Source of the DNA: Planctomycetota bacterium
GTDB taxonomy: Bacteria > Planctomycetota > UBA11346
Length of the DNA stretch: 64,000 nucleotides
Assembly (NCBI GenBank): GCA_003136555.1
Contig: PLEW01000233.1
Span: 6,067 to 70,066, forward strand
Reading direction: 5' to 3'
The position numbers and the translations under genes are program-made. Positions 46,028 through 55,897 of the stretch are shown here, one piece after another. The notes beneath the pieces are model-generated. The model made no database searches and was not told the origin of the DNA. It saw nothing but the letters and a program-made list of their open reading frames with translations. Every line of letters begins with the position of its first letter. Position 1 is the stretch's first letter.

Positions 46028-48316
46028 TTACCGCCAGAGGGTGGACCTGTCATCGCAGTGGGCGCGGCGCGTCGGTAGGGTGCTGTGGCGGCGGCGCACC
46101 GCGCCCAGCAGTCCCAGGATGCCAATGGCGGAGACCCAGCCGCTGCCGCATCCCTTCCCAGACGATGACGCCGTGGGGTTGGGCGAGATCCCGGTCCTGT
46201 AGATGCCCGACGATGCCGAGCCACCCGGGGTGGTGACGGTGATCGGGCCATTGGTCGCTCCGCCCGGGACGGTGGTGGTGATCTGCGTGCCGGCGCCATT
46301 GACGGTGAAGGAGGCAGCGGTGCCATTGAAGCTGACCAGGGTCGTGCCGGCGAAGTTGCTGCCGTCGATCTGCACTTGGGTGCCGCTGCCCCCGGACGTG
46401 GGGCTGATTGAGGTGATCACCGGTGCGGGGATGACGGTGAAAGAGGTGCTGCTGGTGCCGGTGCCGCCGAGCGCGGTGATGCTGATGGTCCCGCTGGTGG
46501 CGCCGACGGGGATGGTGGCGGTGCACTGGGTGGTGGAGGAGCTTGAGAAGCTTGCTGCGCTGCCGGCGAACTGCACTGCCGTCACGCCGACGAAATTGGC
46601 CCCCTGAATCACCACGGACGCACCGATGCCACCGGAGGTGGGTGCGAACGAGGTGATCGACGGCAATGGAGGGGTGGTGACGGAAAACGGCGCGCTGGTG
46701 GCGCTGGTGAGGATGCCGGCGGTGGCGGAGAGGGTATAGCCGGTCCCAGGGGTGGTGAGTGAGAGGGAGGAGAAGGTGGCGACGCCTTGGATGGTGGGAA
46801 CGGTCAACGTCCCGAGCAGCGAGCCCGAACCGGAGGCGAGTGCGAGGGTGATGTTTCCGGCTGTGGCCGTCACGGTCGTGCCGGTAGTGTCCTGGATGGC
46901 GACCTGGACCGCAGGAGCAATGGTGCTGCCGGCCACCGTCGTCGATGGCTGGACGACGAAGGCGAGTTGGCTGGCGCCGGCAGCTCCTGCGCTGAGCACC
47001 AGCGGTCCGGCCTGGTAGTACTCATAGAGCTTCCAGCGCAGATAGCCGCCATCATCATCAGCGGCATTGGGAGTGGTCAGCGTGGCGGCGGCGGCAGCGA
47101 AGACCGGCGCCGATCCCGCGGCACCCAGGACGGCTTGGATAGTGTTGGGATTCTGGTTGCTGCTGGATGGATTGGCCGCTATCGGGCCGGGATCGGTCAC
47201 GCCATCACCGTCGGCATCGCTGGGCTGGGTATCGCTGGGCTGGCCACCGCCGAAGAGCACGGCGATGACGCCATCATTGGCGAAATCGGCGAGCTGATCA
47301 TTGGCCAGATTGTCGAGCAGCCATTCCACCTGGTTGCTCTGGTAGTGCCCCGAGCTGTTGTTGCAGGATTGCATCAGGGTGTTGCCGATCGGGGTCTGCC
47401 ACAGGACGATGCGGAGATTGGCATTGGCGGAAAGGTTGGCGTCGAATTCGCCGAGGTGGCGGTAGTCGTCGCTCTGGAACCAGTCGAGCGCATCGCCGCG
47501 GATGATCTGGCCGTAGGCGGAATCGGCATCGAGGGTCTCGCCGAACAGCAGGTCGAGCTGGGCACCCAGCGAGGCGAAATAGGCGGCCGACTGCTGGCCC
47601 ATCGCCATGGCCTTGGCATCGTCCGGCTTCGGGACCGAGGTCAGCAGGTCCCAGCCGGTGCCCCAGATGCTGGCATTGAATCCGATCAGGACATTGGGTG
47701 CGTAGAGGTTGCGCAGATGGATGATCGCCTGGGCGAAGCCGGCGACATTGTTGGCATAGCCCACGACATCGCCGCCGCAGGCGCCCACCTGACCCGGCAC
47801 ATTGGCGACCCCCCCGGCGGCGGTGGCGGCCTGCTCGAAGTAGCCCCACAGATCCGGTTCGACATTGAGCACCACCGTCTTGCCGGTGAAGGCCCCGGCC
47901 TTCTGCAGCAGCAGGGTGAAGTCGGCGAACCAGGCCTTCATGGTCAGGAGGTTGCCGAAGTTGCTGAGATCCTCGGCCGATTCGCCGCTGCCGCTGTGAG
48001 GTGTTGACTGCAGCAGCTGGTAGTAGATGCCCACCGGGACCAGGCCGTTGGTGATGGATTCCTGGAAATAGAGCGTCGCATAGTCGCCGGGGGGGGAGTT
48101 CCAGGTTGACCAGCCCGCACCGGTATTGACCCCGCCGCTGAAATAGGTGTAGCGGAAGCCGCCCGGGACGGCCTGGGCCAGCACCGGGGCTCCGCCGGGT
48201 GCATCGGCGATGCCGAACTGCAGCACGCTCGGCCAGCCGGTCGGCAGCGGCGCCTGGGCGCCCTCGATGGCGCAGCTGACGAACAGCAACCAGGCGGTGA
48301 CGAGGAGCAGGCGCAT
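46028..48316 (-). CDS. Large secreted/surface protein: GH-like N-terminal domain + Ig-like region + 2 IPT/TIG repeats + Cys-containing C-terminal TM anchor-like tail
   Basis: Signal peptide MRLLLVTAWLLFVSCAIEGAQA. DADGDGVTDPGP Ca-binding-like loop. Two IPT/TIG-like repeats (ITSFAPTSGGIGASVVIQGANF..., ITSISPTSGGSGTQVQIDGSNF...). C-terminal GKGCGSGWVSAIGILGLLGAVRRRH. Confidence 0.8.
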   Translation of the reverse strand: MRLLLVTAWLLFVSCAIEGAQAPLPTGWPSVLQFGIADAPGGAPVLAQAVPGGFRYTYFSGGVNTGAGWSTWNSPPGDYATLYFQESITNGLVPVGIYYQLLQSTPHSGSGESAEDLSNFGNLLTMKAWFADFTLLLQKAGAFTGKTVVLNVEPDLWGYFEQAATAAGGVANVPGQVGACGGDVVGYANNVAGFAQAIIHLRNLYAPNVLIGFNASIWGTGWDLLTSVPKPDDAKAMAMGQQSAAYFASLGAQLDLLFGETLDADSAYGQIIRGDALDWFQSDDYRHLGEFDANLSANANLRIVLWQTPIGNTLMQSCNNSSGHYQSNQVEWLLDNLANDQLADFANDGVIAVLFGGGQPSDTQPSDADGDGVTDPGPIAANPSSSNQNPNTIQAVLGAAGSAPVFAAAAATLTTPNAADDDGGYLRWKLYEYYQAGPLVLSAGAAGASQLAFVVQPSTTVAGSTIAPAVQVAIQDTTGTTVTATAGNITLALASGSGSLLGTLTVPTIQGVATFSSLSLTTPGTGYTLSATAGILTSATSAPFSVTTPPLPSITSFAPTSGGIGASVVIQGANFVGVTAVQFAGSAASFSSSSTTQCTATIPVGATSGTISITALGGTGTSSTSFTVIPAPVITSISPTSGGSGTQVQIDGSNFAGTTLVSFNGTAASFTVNGAGTQITTTVPGGATNGPITVTTPGGSASSGIYRTGISPNPTASSSGKGCGSGWVSAIGILGLLGAVRRRHSTLPTRRAHCDDRSTLWR

Positions 48317-48538
48317 CGGAACTCCCGGGCAGCGGTGGCTCTGCGTGCACGAGTGGCAGCCCGCACGGCGGTGCCACCGCAGCGGTGCGGCGTCAGGACC
48401 CGGTTGATCATCTCAGGTGCCGCGCTGGCGCCAGGGCCATCGAATGCCGCGCCGACCTGGCCGGTGATACTCGCGTGATCCTCTCCGGGCGGCGTATCGG
48501 CTGCCCCGGCGCCCGAGGGCTGGTATACTCGCGCGCCC

Positions 48539-49528
48539 ATGCCCCTTCCCGCCTGTCCCCACCCCCAGCTGCGCACCACACCGGCGGGCATGGTGTGCAC
48601 CACCTGTGGACAGCTGGTCCACCCGCGCGACACCGCGGCGGCCGTCGCCGCGAGCGTCGCCGCGCTCTGTGGGCGCATGCCGCATGCCGCATCCCCAGCT
48701 CCTGTCCCAACCGACCCCAACCCGGCGTCCAGGCGTCCTGGAGCGTCCGTGCGCGCGTCTCTCTGGTCCCAGGCCCTGACCATGCGTGGACTGATCCTCC
48801 TGGCCGTGACCCTGCCGGCGGCGATCCTGGTGATGAACACCCTGCCAATGGTTCACTATATACTCTACGCGCTTGGCATCCTCTGCCATGAGACGGGGCA
48901 TACGGTGGTTGCGCTGCTCACCGGCCATCTCGCGATCCCGTCCTTCGACTTGCAGAATGGTGGCGGATTCACCCACATCCTGGGCCGCTCCTGGTGGCTG
49001 ACGCTGCTGGTGTTCGTCCTGATCGCCGACCTCGCCCGGCGCTATCGCGATCAGCCACCGGTGCCCCTCCTCTGCGCGGTTGGCGGCGCCATCCTCCTCC
49101 TGCTCATCCTGACCGGTTGGGATGAGCCCCTGGGGTTGGAGATGGGCCATGGCGGGCAACTGGTTGCCGGCGGCATCTTCCTCTACCGCGGGCTGACCGG
49201 GGTGGCCGAGGTCTATCCCGGCGAGCGCTGGCTCTATGGCTTCGTGGGCTGGTCGCTGATCCTCGATGTGGTGTCGTTGTGCTGGAGGCTGACACATGAT
49301 CAGGCGACCCTGAACACCTACCTCCTGGGGCACGGGAATGTCGACAACGATTTCGTGCGCTTGGCTTGCGATCATCTCAACACCAGCTTGGCGACCGTCG
49401 TGTGGGCGAATTTCGGCGCCTGCCTGCTGGTGCCGGTGGTCGTGGTGGGTGTGCGGCTCCTCCTGGTGCATCACAGCCTGGTGCGCGATGCAGCATCCGG
49501 GCAGACGGCCCCGCACCCCCGCGGGTGA
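48539..49528 (+). CDS. M50B-like polytopic membrane metalloprotease
   Basis: HExxH inside a TM helix: ILYALGILCHETGHTVVALLTGHLAIPSFDLQNGGGFTH. At least 5 further hydrophobic segments. The N-terminal 80 aa are uncertain (alternative start MRGLILLAV). Confidence 0.6.
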   Translation: MPLPACPHPQLRTTPAGMVCTTCGQLVHPRDTAAAVAASVAALCGRMPHAASPAPVPTDPNPASRRPGASVRASLWSQALTMRGLILLAVTLPAAILVMNTLPMVHYILYALGILCHETGHTVVALLTGHLAIPSFDLQNGGGFTHILGRSWWLTLLVFVLIADLARRYRDQPPVPLLCAVGGAILLLLILTGWDEPLGLEMGHGGQLVAGGIFLYRGLTGVAEVYPGERWLYGFVGWSLILDVVSLCWRLTHDQATLNTYLLGHGNVDNDFVRLACDHLNTSLATVVWANFGACLLVPVVVVGVRLLLVHHSLVRDAASGQTAPHPRG

Positions 49529-49752
49529 CCCGGAGCCATGCTCATCCTCGGACGATGGAGCGATGGCGGGAGGCGGGACCAGGACCGGCAAGACCGCACC
49601 CACAAATATTTACGTAAGAATAAAATTTATAATGGGTTACACATAATTCCGCAGGGAGAGGCTCGGTTCCGCCGGGTCGCATCCGGGGGAGCATGGGTCG
49701 ATCGGAACCTCTGGCGTCACACACATGACCTGGCTGCATCATTTCGCTCAAC

Positions 49753-52206
49753 ATGTCCACCTCTGCATTCGTATTCATATGCATGCCGATCTGGATATTC
49801 CTGCACCTGCCGCCACAGCGAGCCTGGGCTGCGGCGGGCCGCCTGGCGCTGCTCGCACTGGGCCTGTCGATCCGGCTGGTAGGGGCGGAGCCACCTGCCA
49901 CGGACATGACGCCGGCGCAGCTGACGACGGCCTTCCAGCAGCAAGTCGTCCCCCTCATTAATACCTACTGCATTGCCTGCCACGGTCCGGAGAAGCATAA
50001 GGGCGACCTCAACCTCAAAGCCCTGGCCAGCGGAAGTGCGATCCTGACCGAGCGGGCAACCTGGAAAGCCTGTGCCGCCAAGGTGCTTGCGCGCGTCATG
50101 CCACCTGATCAGGAGAAGCACCAACCCGCGGATGACGAGCGCAACCAGCTGATTGCCTGGGTCACCAGCCTCAAGCGCCTGGCGCCCAAGGATCCGGGAC
50201 CCGGCATCATCCGCCGCCTCTCGCGCAGCGAGTACGCCAACACCCTGCATGATCTGCTGGGCGTCGATCCCAAGGTCGCCGCCGACCTTCCCGGCGACAC
50301 CGTCGGCGAGGGCTACAATAGCACCATCGCACCGCTGTTGATGGAGAAGTACCTGCTGATCGCCGACGATGTGCTCGACCAGCTCATCAAGCCCGACCAG
50401 ATGCTGTTGAAATGGAACGCCGGCCAGCTCGATGCGATCGTCGAGCGCATGGTCCAGGAGGGCAAGCCCGATGGCGCCGAGCGCCGCTTCGCCGGTCCAA
50501 GCGAGCTGATGGCGGTCATACCCGCACCGGCGGACGGCACGTATACCATTCGCATCAGGGCCTCGGCGGAGCGCACCACCAGTAAGGAACCGGCGCGACT
50601 GGCCATACGCATCGATGGCCAGGTGATCGGTGAGCTGAAGATCACCGCGCCGTCCAAGTACCCCGCGGTCTCCTCCATCACCTGCAAGCTGGGCGTCGGC
50701 AAGGTCCACCTCTCGGTGCTGCTCGCCAACCCCTTCATCGAGGATTCCTCCGCGAGCAGTGCCGCCAAGGCCCCGGCAGGCGCACAGCCGGCGGCCAAGC
50801 CGGGTACCGCCGCGGCGGTGTCGAAAACCGCTCCGGCGGCGGTGCGCACCGTGACCATCGAGTCGGTCGAGATCGCCGGGCCGCCCGCGGGCCTGCCCTC
50901 CGAGGCGCAGCGCCGCCTGTTCATCGCCCTGCCGGGCAAGGACCTCAGCAAGCGCGAGGCGGCCAAGCGCATCGCCGTGTCGTTCGCGCGGCGCGCGTTC
51001 CGCCGTCCGCCGACGGCGGATGAGATCGGCCTTCTGCTCAAGGTCTTCGACCTCGCCGATGGCCAGGACGAGGTCTTCTCAGAGTCGGTCAAGCTCATGC
51101 TCAAGGCGGTGCTGGTATCGCCGGAGTTCCTCTTCCTCACCCCGGATGATGGCACGACCTTGACCGGCGACATCGTCGCGATCGGCGACTACCAGCTCGC
51201 TGCCCGGCTGTCCTACCTGTTCTGGGCGACCATGCCGGATGAGGAGCTCTCTGCCCTGGCGGCTGCCGGGACGCTGCACCAGCCCGCTGTCATCGCCCAG
51301 CAGGTCCGCCGCCTGGTGGCTGATCCGCGCGCGCACGCCCTGTTCGACAGCTTCGGCGCACCCTGGTTGGGCCTCGACAAGCTGGAGGACGCGCCCTTCG
51401 ACGAGAAGAAGTTCCCGCAGATGACCAAGGATCTGCGCAAGGCGATGTTTGCGGAAGCGGCGCTGGTCTTCGACGACATCATGCGGGATAACCGCAGCAT
51501 CATCGCTTTCATCGATAGCGATTTCACCTATCTCAACGGGCCGCTGGCCCGGCTCTACGGCTTGGAGGCCGAGGTGAAGGGCCCGCAGATGCGCAAGGTC
51601 CAGCTCGCCGACGGCAACCGCGGCGGGGTGCTCACCATGCCTGGCGTCCTGGCAGTCACCTCCCTGCCCAACCGCACCAGCCCGGTCAAGCGCGGTCGCT
51701 GGGTGCTCGAGCAGATCCTCGGCCAGACACCGCCTCCACCGCCGATGAACGTGCCGCCGCTGGAGAAGCAGGACACCAGCGAGAATGCCGTGCTCAACCT
51801 GCGCCAGCGCACCGAGCGCCACCGAGCCGACCCGGCCTGCGCCGGATGCCACCGCCTGCTCGATCCCATCGGCTTCGGCCTGGAGAACTTCGACCCCCTG
51901 GGCCGCTGGCGTGAGAAGGACGATACCGGCGTGGCGGTCGATCCGGTCGGCGAGCTGCCCGGCCACATCACCTTCCGCACCCCCCAGGATCTCAAGCGCA
52001 TCATCGCCGGACGCGCAGATGACTTCTGCCACACCCTGGTCACCAAATTCCTCGCCTACACCCTCTGCCACCACCTCGAGGACTACGACGAGGTGGTCGC
52101 GGACGAGATCAGCGCCGCGGTTGCCAAGGGCGGCTACCACTTCCAGGATCTGCTGATCCAGGTCGCGACCAGCTATCCCTTCCTCAATCGCCACATTACC
52201 CACTGA
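49753..52206 (+). CDS. DUF1592/DUF1588/DUF1587/DUF1585/DUF1595-type protein with cytochrome-c motif (paralogue 2)
   Basis: CIACHGPEKHKGDLNL, RRLSRSEYANTLHDLL and CAGCHRLLDPIGFGLENFD. The antisense ORFs are judged shadows. Confidence 0.85.
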   Translation: MSTSAFVFICMPIWIFLHLPPQRAWAAAGRLALLALGLSIRLVGAEPPATDMTPAQLTTAFQQQVVPLINTYCIACHGPEKHKGDLNLKALASGSAILTERATWKACAAKVLARVMPPDQEKHQPADDERNQLIAWVTSLKRLAPKDPGPGIIRRLSRSEYANTLHDLLGVDPKVAADLPGDTVGEGYNSTIAPLLMEKYLLIADDVLDQLIKPDQMLLKWNAGQLDAIVERMVQEGKPDGAERRFAGPSELMAVIPAPADGTYTIRIRASAERTTSKEPARLAIRIDGQVIGELKITAPSKYPAVSSITCKLGVGKVHLSVLLANPFIEDSSASSAAKAPAGAQPAAKPGTAAAVSKTAPAAVRTVTIESVEIAGPPAGLPSEAQRRLFIALPGKDLSKREAAKRIAVSFARRAFRRPPTADEIGLLLKVFDLADGQDEVFSESVKLMLKAVLVSPEFLFLTPDDGTTLTGDIVAIGDYQLAARLSYLFWATMPDEELSALAAAGTLHQPAVIAQQVRRLVADPRAHALFDSFGAPWLGLDKLEDAPFDEKKFPQMTKDLRKAMFAEAALVFDDIMRDNRSIIAFIDSDFTYLNGPLARLYGLEAEVKGPQMRKVQLADGNRGGVLTMPGVLAVTSLPNRTSPVKRGRWVLEQILGQTPPPPPMNVPPLEKQDTSENAVLNLRQRTERHRADPACAGCHRLLDPIGFGLENFDPLGRWREKDDTGVAVDPVGELPGHITFRTPQDLKRIIAGRADDFCHTLVTKFLAYTLCHHLEDYDEVVADEISAAVAKGGYHFQDLLIQVATSYPFLNRHITH

Positions 52207-52221
52207 TATTGGAGTCTCCCC

Positions 52222-53661
52222 ATGCACCGTCACTGGCACATCTCGCGTCGCACCTGCCTGCGCGGCCTCGGCGTCGCCTTGGCCCTGCCGCTGTTGGAGA
52301 CCATGGGCTGGGCGGACCCGCCCAAGGGCGGAGTGGCCAGCCTGCCGATCCGCCTCGGCTTCATGTACATGCCGCTGGGGGTCAACACCAAGCAGTTCTG
52401 GCCCACCGATGCCAAGACCTATCCGGTGACCCTGCCGCCGAGCCTGGAGCCGCTGCGCCCGGTCATCGACCAATGCCTGCTCCTGGAGGGGGTGGACAAC
52501 GTCGACCATGGCCCGCTGGGCAATGCCGCCCATGCCTTGGAGCTGTCCACCTGGCTGACCGCCACCCTGCCCAGCGTCACCAAGCGCGACAGCATCAACA
52601 TCGCGGTTTCGGCGGATCAGCTGGCCGCCCAGCATATCGGCCTCTACACGCCACTGCCGTCCCTCGAGCTGGCCACCCAGGGCAACAGCGCCAGCGGCAC
52701 CGGGCAGGAAGGGCTGAACAACATGTACTACACCACCGGCAGCTTCGGCACGCCGACCCAGCCGCTGCCGGTCGAGACCAGCCCGGCCAACGTCTACAAG
52801 CGCCTGTTCTCCTCGCGCCAGTCGACCCCGCGCAAGCGCGGCGCTCCGACAGTCGACACCGCGACATTCGCCAGCACCGGGCCTGCTGCCGGCGGCGAGG
52901 AGCAGACCCTGGACCGCAGCATGCTCGACCTGGTGATGGAGGAGGCCAAGGGCCTGCGCGCACGCGTCAGCCTGGATGACCAGCACCGGCTCGACGACTA
53001 CCTCGAGACCGTGCATGCGCTGGAAACGCGCGTCGCCGCGATCGAGCGCCAGCAGGCGGAGGCGGCCAAGGCGGCCAAGGGCGGCAGCAGCAGGCGCGCG
53101 AACGACATCAAGCGCTCGGACCCCATCGAGGTCACCATCCCCAGCGGCAACGTCAGCTGGAGCGAGCACGTCAAGGTGATGGGCGATCTGATGATCCTCG
53201 CCTTCCAGGCCGATCTCACCCGGGTCTGCACCCTCATCAGCTCCCACCCGCAGGGCATCAACTACCCCGAACTGGGGTTCAGCGATGGCCATCATGATGT
53301 GAGCCACCACGACGCCGACCAGGTGAAGCTGACCAAGGTGGCGCAGATCGACAAGTTCAACCTGGAGCAGTTCGCCTACATCATTACCAAGATGAAGGGT
53401 CTGCGTGAAGGGCCGGGCACGCTGCTCGACAACAGCATCATGCTATGGGGCTCCGGCCAGGAGGATGGCAGCAACCACTCCAACCGGCGCCTGCCCACCA
53501 TCATCGCTGGCAAGGGCGGCGGCACCATCCGCACCGGCCGCCATGTGCCCAAGGCTTCGGGCAACCAGGGCGATCTGCTGACGGCGATCCTGGCGCGGGT
53601 GGGCGTGCCGCTCGAGCGCCCCATCGGTATCGGCACCAAGTTGCTGCCGGATCTCTCCTGA
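52222..53661 (+). CDS. DUF1552 protein (Tat signal), paralogue 2
   Basis: GGAG RBS. MHRHWHISRRTCLRGLGVALALPLLETM twin-Arg-like signal. HHDVSHHD motif. Confidence 0.85.
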   Translation: MHRHWHISRRTCLRGLGVALALPLLETMGWADPPKGGVASLPIRLGFMYMPLGVNTKQFWPTDAKTYPVTLPPSLEPLRPVIDQCLLLEGVDNVDHGPLGNAAHALELSTWLTATLPSVTKRDSINIAVSADQLAAQHIGLYTPLPSLELATQGNSASGTGQEGLNNMYYTTGSFGTPTQPLPVETSPANVYKRLFSSRQSTPRKRGAPTVDTATFASTGPAAGGEEQTLDRSMLDLVMEEAKGLRARVSLDDQHRLDDYLETVHALETRVAAIERQQAEAAKAAKGGSSRRANDIKRSDPIEVTIPSGNVSWSEHVKVMGDLMILAFQADLTRVCTLISSHPQGINYPELGFSDGHHDVSHHDADQVKLTKVAQIDKFNLEQFAYIITKMKGLREGPGTLLDNSIMLWGSGQEDGSNHSNRRLPTIIAGKGGGTIRTGRHVPKASGNQGDLLTAILARVGVPLERPIGIGTKLLPDLS

Positions 53662-54085
53662 CGAATACCGCCGCGGGTCATGGAGAGGCGAGCGGAGGAG
53701 GGTCTAGTATGACGGCGTCCGCCGCGACATATCCCAGCGTGCCAGTAGCAATGGCCTTGAGGGACGACCCCGCACGGGTCTCATCCCAGTAAAGTACTAA
53801 CGTACCCAATCAACAGGCTTAGGCCTCTGATTCGTGCGCTTCACCAGAACTTCACAGGTCAGCGCTACAGAGCCAGCCCGGTGCATTGGACAGCGATGCC
53901 CGCGGGCACTCGTCCAAGTGAGCACTCGACCCGCGGATCACCGGTTACGCGCACGCGTTCAACCGGGCATGCCCGTTCGGCCTCTGCGGCGACAGGGGGA
54001 GCGTCAGAGGCATCTCGGCGGTGGACTGCACATTGACCTGGGTCGCGGCATCCCCAGGGTGCGTCTTCCTACCAAGGATTCCGGC

Positions 54086-55888
54086 ATGGTCGCGAGGCTG
54101 AAACGCATATGGGGTGGCGCGTTGGCCGGCGAGCGATCCAGCCAGAAGCCGCCCGGCTGGTTCGACTTCCTCCTGCTCATCGGCGTTTTCGGCCTGTTTT
54201 ACGGGCTTTTCCACATCGCTGGTCAGTGGTCGAGTGTGATGCGCGCCAAGGTCGAGATCGACCTCTCGCCCTGGATGCTGCCGTGGTACACCTTCCAGTC
54301 GCTGATGCGGGGCATCTTTGCCTACGTCCTCTCCCTGATCTTCACCCTCATCTACGGCTATTGGGCCGCCAAGGATGCCCGCGCCGAGCGCATCCTGGTA
54401 CCCATCCTCGACATCCTCCAGAGCATCCCCGTCCTCGGCTTCATGCCCGGACTCGTGCTCGCCTTGGTGGCGCTCTTCCCGACGAGCAATACCGGCCTCG
54501 AACTGGCGGCGGTGCTGATGATCTTTACCAGCCAGGTCTGGAACATGACATTCAGCTTCTACCGGTCGATCCAGACCGTCCCACGCGAGCAGCAGGAGGC
54601 GGCACAGGTCTTCGGCTTCACCTGGCTGCAGAAGTTCGGCAGGGTGGAGGTGCCCTTCGCCACCTTGGGACTGGTATGGAACAGCATGATGAGCATGGCG
54701 GGCGGCTGGTTCTTCCTCACCGTCAGCGAATCGTTCACCCTCGGTGACCAAGATTTCAGGCTCCCGGGGCTGGGATCGTATATGCAGGCGGCGACCGCGC
54801 AGGAGAACACCGCCGCCCAGATCTACGCCATCATCGCCATGATGGTCATGGTGGTGTCCCTGGACCAGCTGCTCTGGCGCCCGATGGTCGCGTGGGCGCA
54901 GAAATTCCGTGTCGAGGAGGGTGGAGGAGGGGAGGTTGCGAGCTCTTGGTTCCTCGAGTGGCTGCAGCGCTCGCACCTGCTGAGCAGGGCCCAGAGCGTG
55001 GCATTCTGGGTGGGACGACCCTGTGCCCGCTTTGCCCGCACGGTCGGTCGCCAGCTGAAGGGGCTGCGCCGGTCCATGGTGCGGCCCGCATTCCCGCTGG
55101 CTGACGATGCGGCAGCCTCGAACTCACGCTCCCATCCGGTCGCCTCCGCCTTCTCGCTCTGCATGCTGATCGCCCTTGTGGTGCTGATGGCCTGGGGGGC
55201 GGTGGAACTGATGCGCCTCCTTCGCCAGGTCCATCTTCAGACCTGGGAGGAGATCGCCGCCTCCGGTGGCATCACCTTCGCACGAGTGTTCACCGCCGTT
55301 GTCCTGGGCACGCTTTGGACCCTGCCGGCCGGTCTGATCATCGGCCTGTCGCCGCGGCTCTCGCGCATCCTGCAGCCGATCATCCAGATCGCCGCCTCGT
55401 TCCCCGCTTCCATGCTCTTCGTGATCGTCGTCGGCGCGCTCTATTCCTGCGGCCTCCCGCTCGGCTTCAGCAGCATCGTGCTGATGATGCTCGGCACCCA
55501 ATGGTACATCCTCTTCAATGTCATCGCCGGGGCGATGACCATCCCTGCCGATCTGCGCGAGGCGGCGCGTGCGTATGGGATCGTCGGCTTCCAGCGCTTC
55601 AGGATACTGTACTTCCCAGCGATCTTCCCCTACCTCGTCACTGGTTGGGTTACCGCCATGGGTGGGGCCTGGAATGCCAGCATCGTCGCCGAGCTGATGA
55701 CCACCAAGGCCGGCGAACTCTCGACCGTCGGCCTGGGGGCTATGATCAGCAAGGCCGCAACCAGCAGCGATATGCCGACCCTGGCCGCCAGCGTGGTGGG
55801 GATGTCCTTCATCGTCGTCGGCATCAACCGCACGGTCTGGCGTCGACTCTATCGGATCAGCGAAACCACCTATTGTATCGACAAGTAG
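54086..55888 (+). CDS. ABC transporter, duplicated permease (NitT/TauT-like, COG4986-type)
   Basis: Trimmed from ORF 53834..55888 to ATG 54086 (MVARLKRIWGG...). Two tandem permease modules, each with 5-6 TM segments (ILVPILDILQSIPVLGFMPG... and RILQPIIQIAASFPASMLF...). Confidence 0.85.
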   Translation: MVARLKRIWGGALAGERSSQKPPGWFDFLLLIGVFGLFYGLFHIAGQWSSVMRAKVEIDLSPWMLPWYTFQSLMRGIFAYVLSLIFTLIYGYWAAKDARAERILVPILDILQSIPVLGFMPGLVLALVALFPTSNTGLELAAVLMIFTSQVWNMTFSFYRSIQTVPREQQEAAQVFGFTWLQKFGRVEVPFATLGLVWNSMMSMAGGWFFLTVSESFTLGDQDFRLPGLGSYMQAATAQENTAAQIYAIIAMMVMVVSLDQLLWRPMVAWAQKFRVEEGGGGEVASSWFLEWLQRSHLLSRAQSVAFWVGRPCARFARTVGRQLKGLRRSMVRPAFPLADDAAASNSRSHPVASAFSLCMLIALVVLMAWGAVELMRLLRQVHLQTWEEIAASGGITFARVFTAVVLGTLWTLPAGLIIGLSPRLSRILQPIIQIAASFPASMLFVIVVGALYSCGLPLGFSSIVLMMLGTQWYILFNVIAGAMTIPADLREAARAYGIVGFQRFRILYFPAIFPYLVTGWVTAMGGAWNASIVAELMTTKAGELSTVGLGAMISKAATSSDMPTLAASVVGMSFIVVGINRTVWRRLYRISETTYCIDK

Positions 55889-55897
55889 GATACCGTC

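Noticed and set aside
53662-54085. Possible TPP or cobalamin riboswitch in the long leader of the ABC transporter.
   Set aside because: I could not find the conserved cores (CUGAGA / ACCUGAUCUGGAUAAUGCCAGCG for TPP; the GCCACUG B12 box). Only vague resemblances are present. An Infernal scan is needed.
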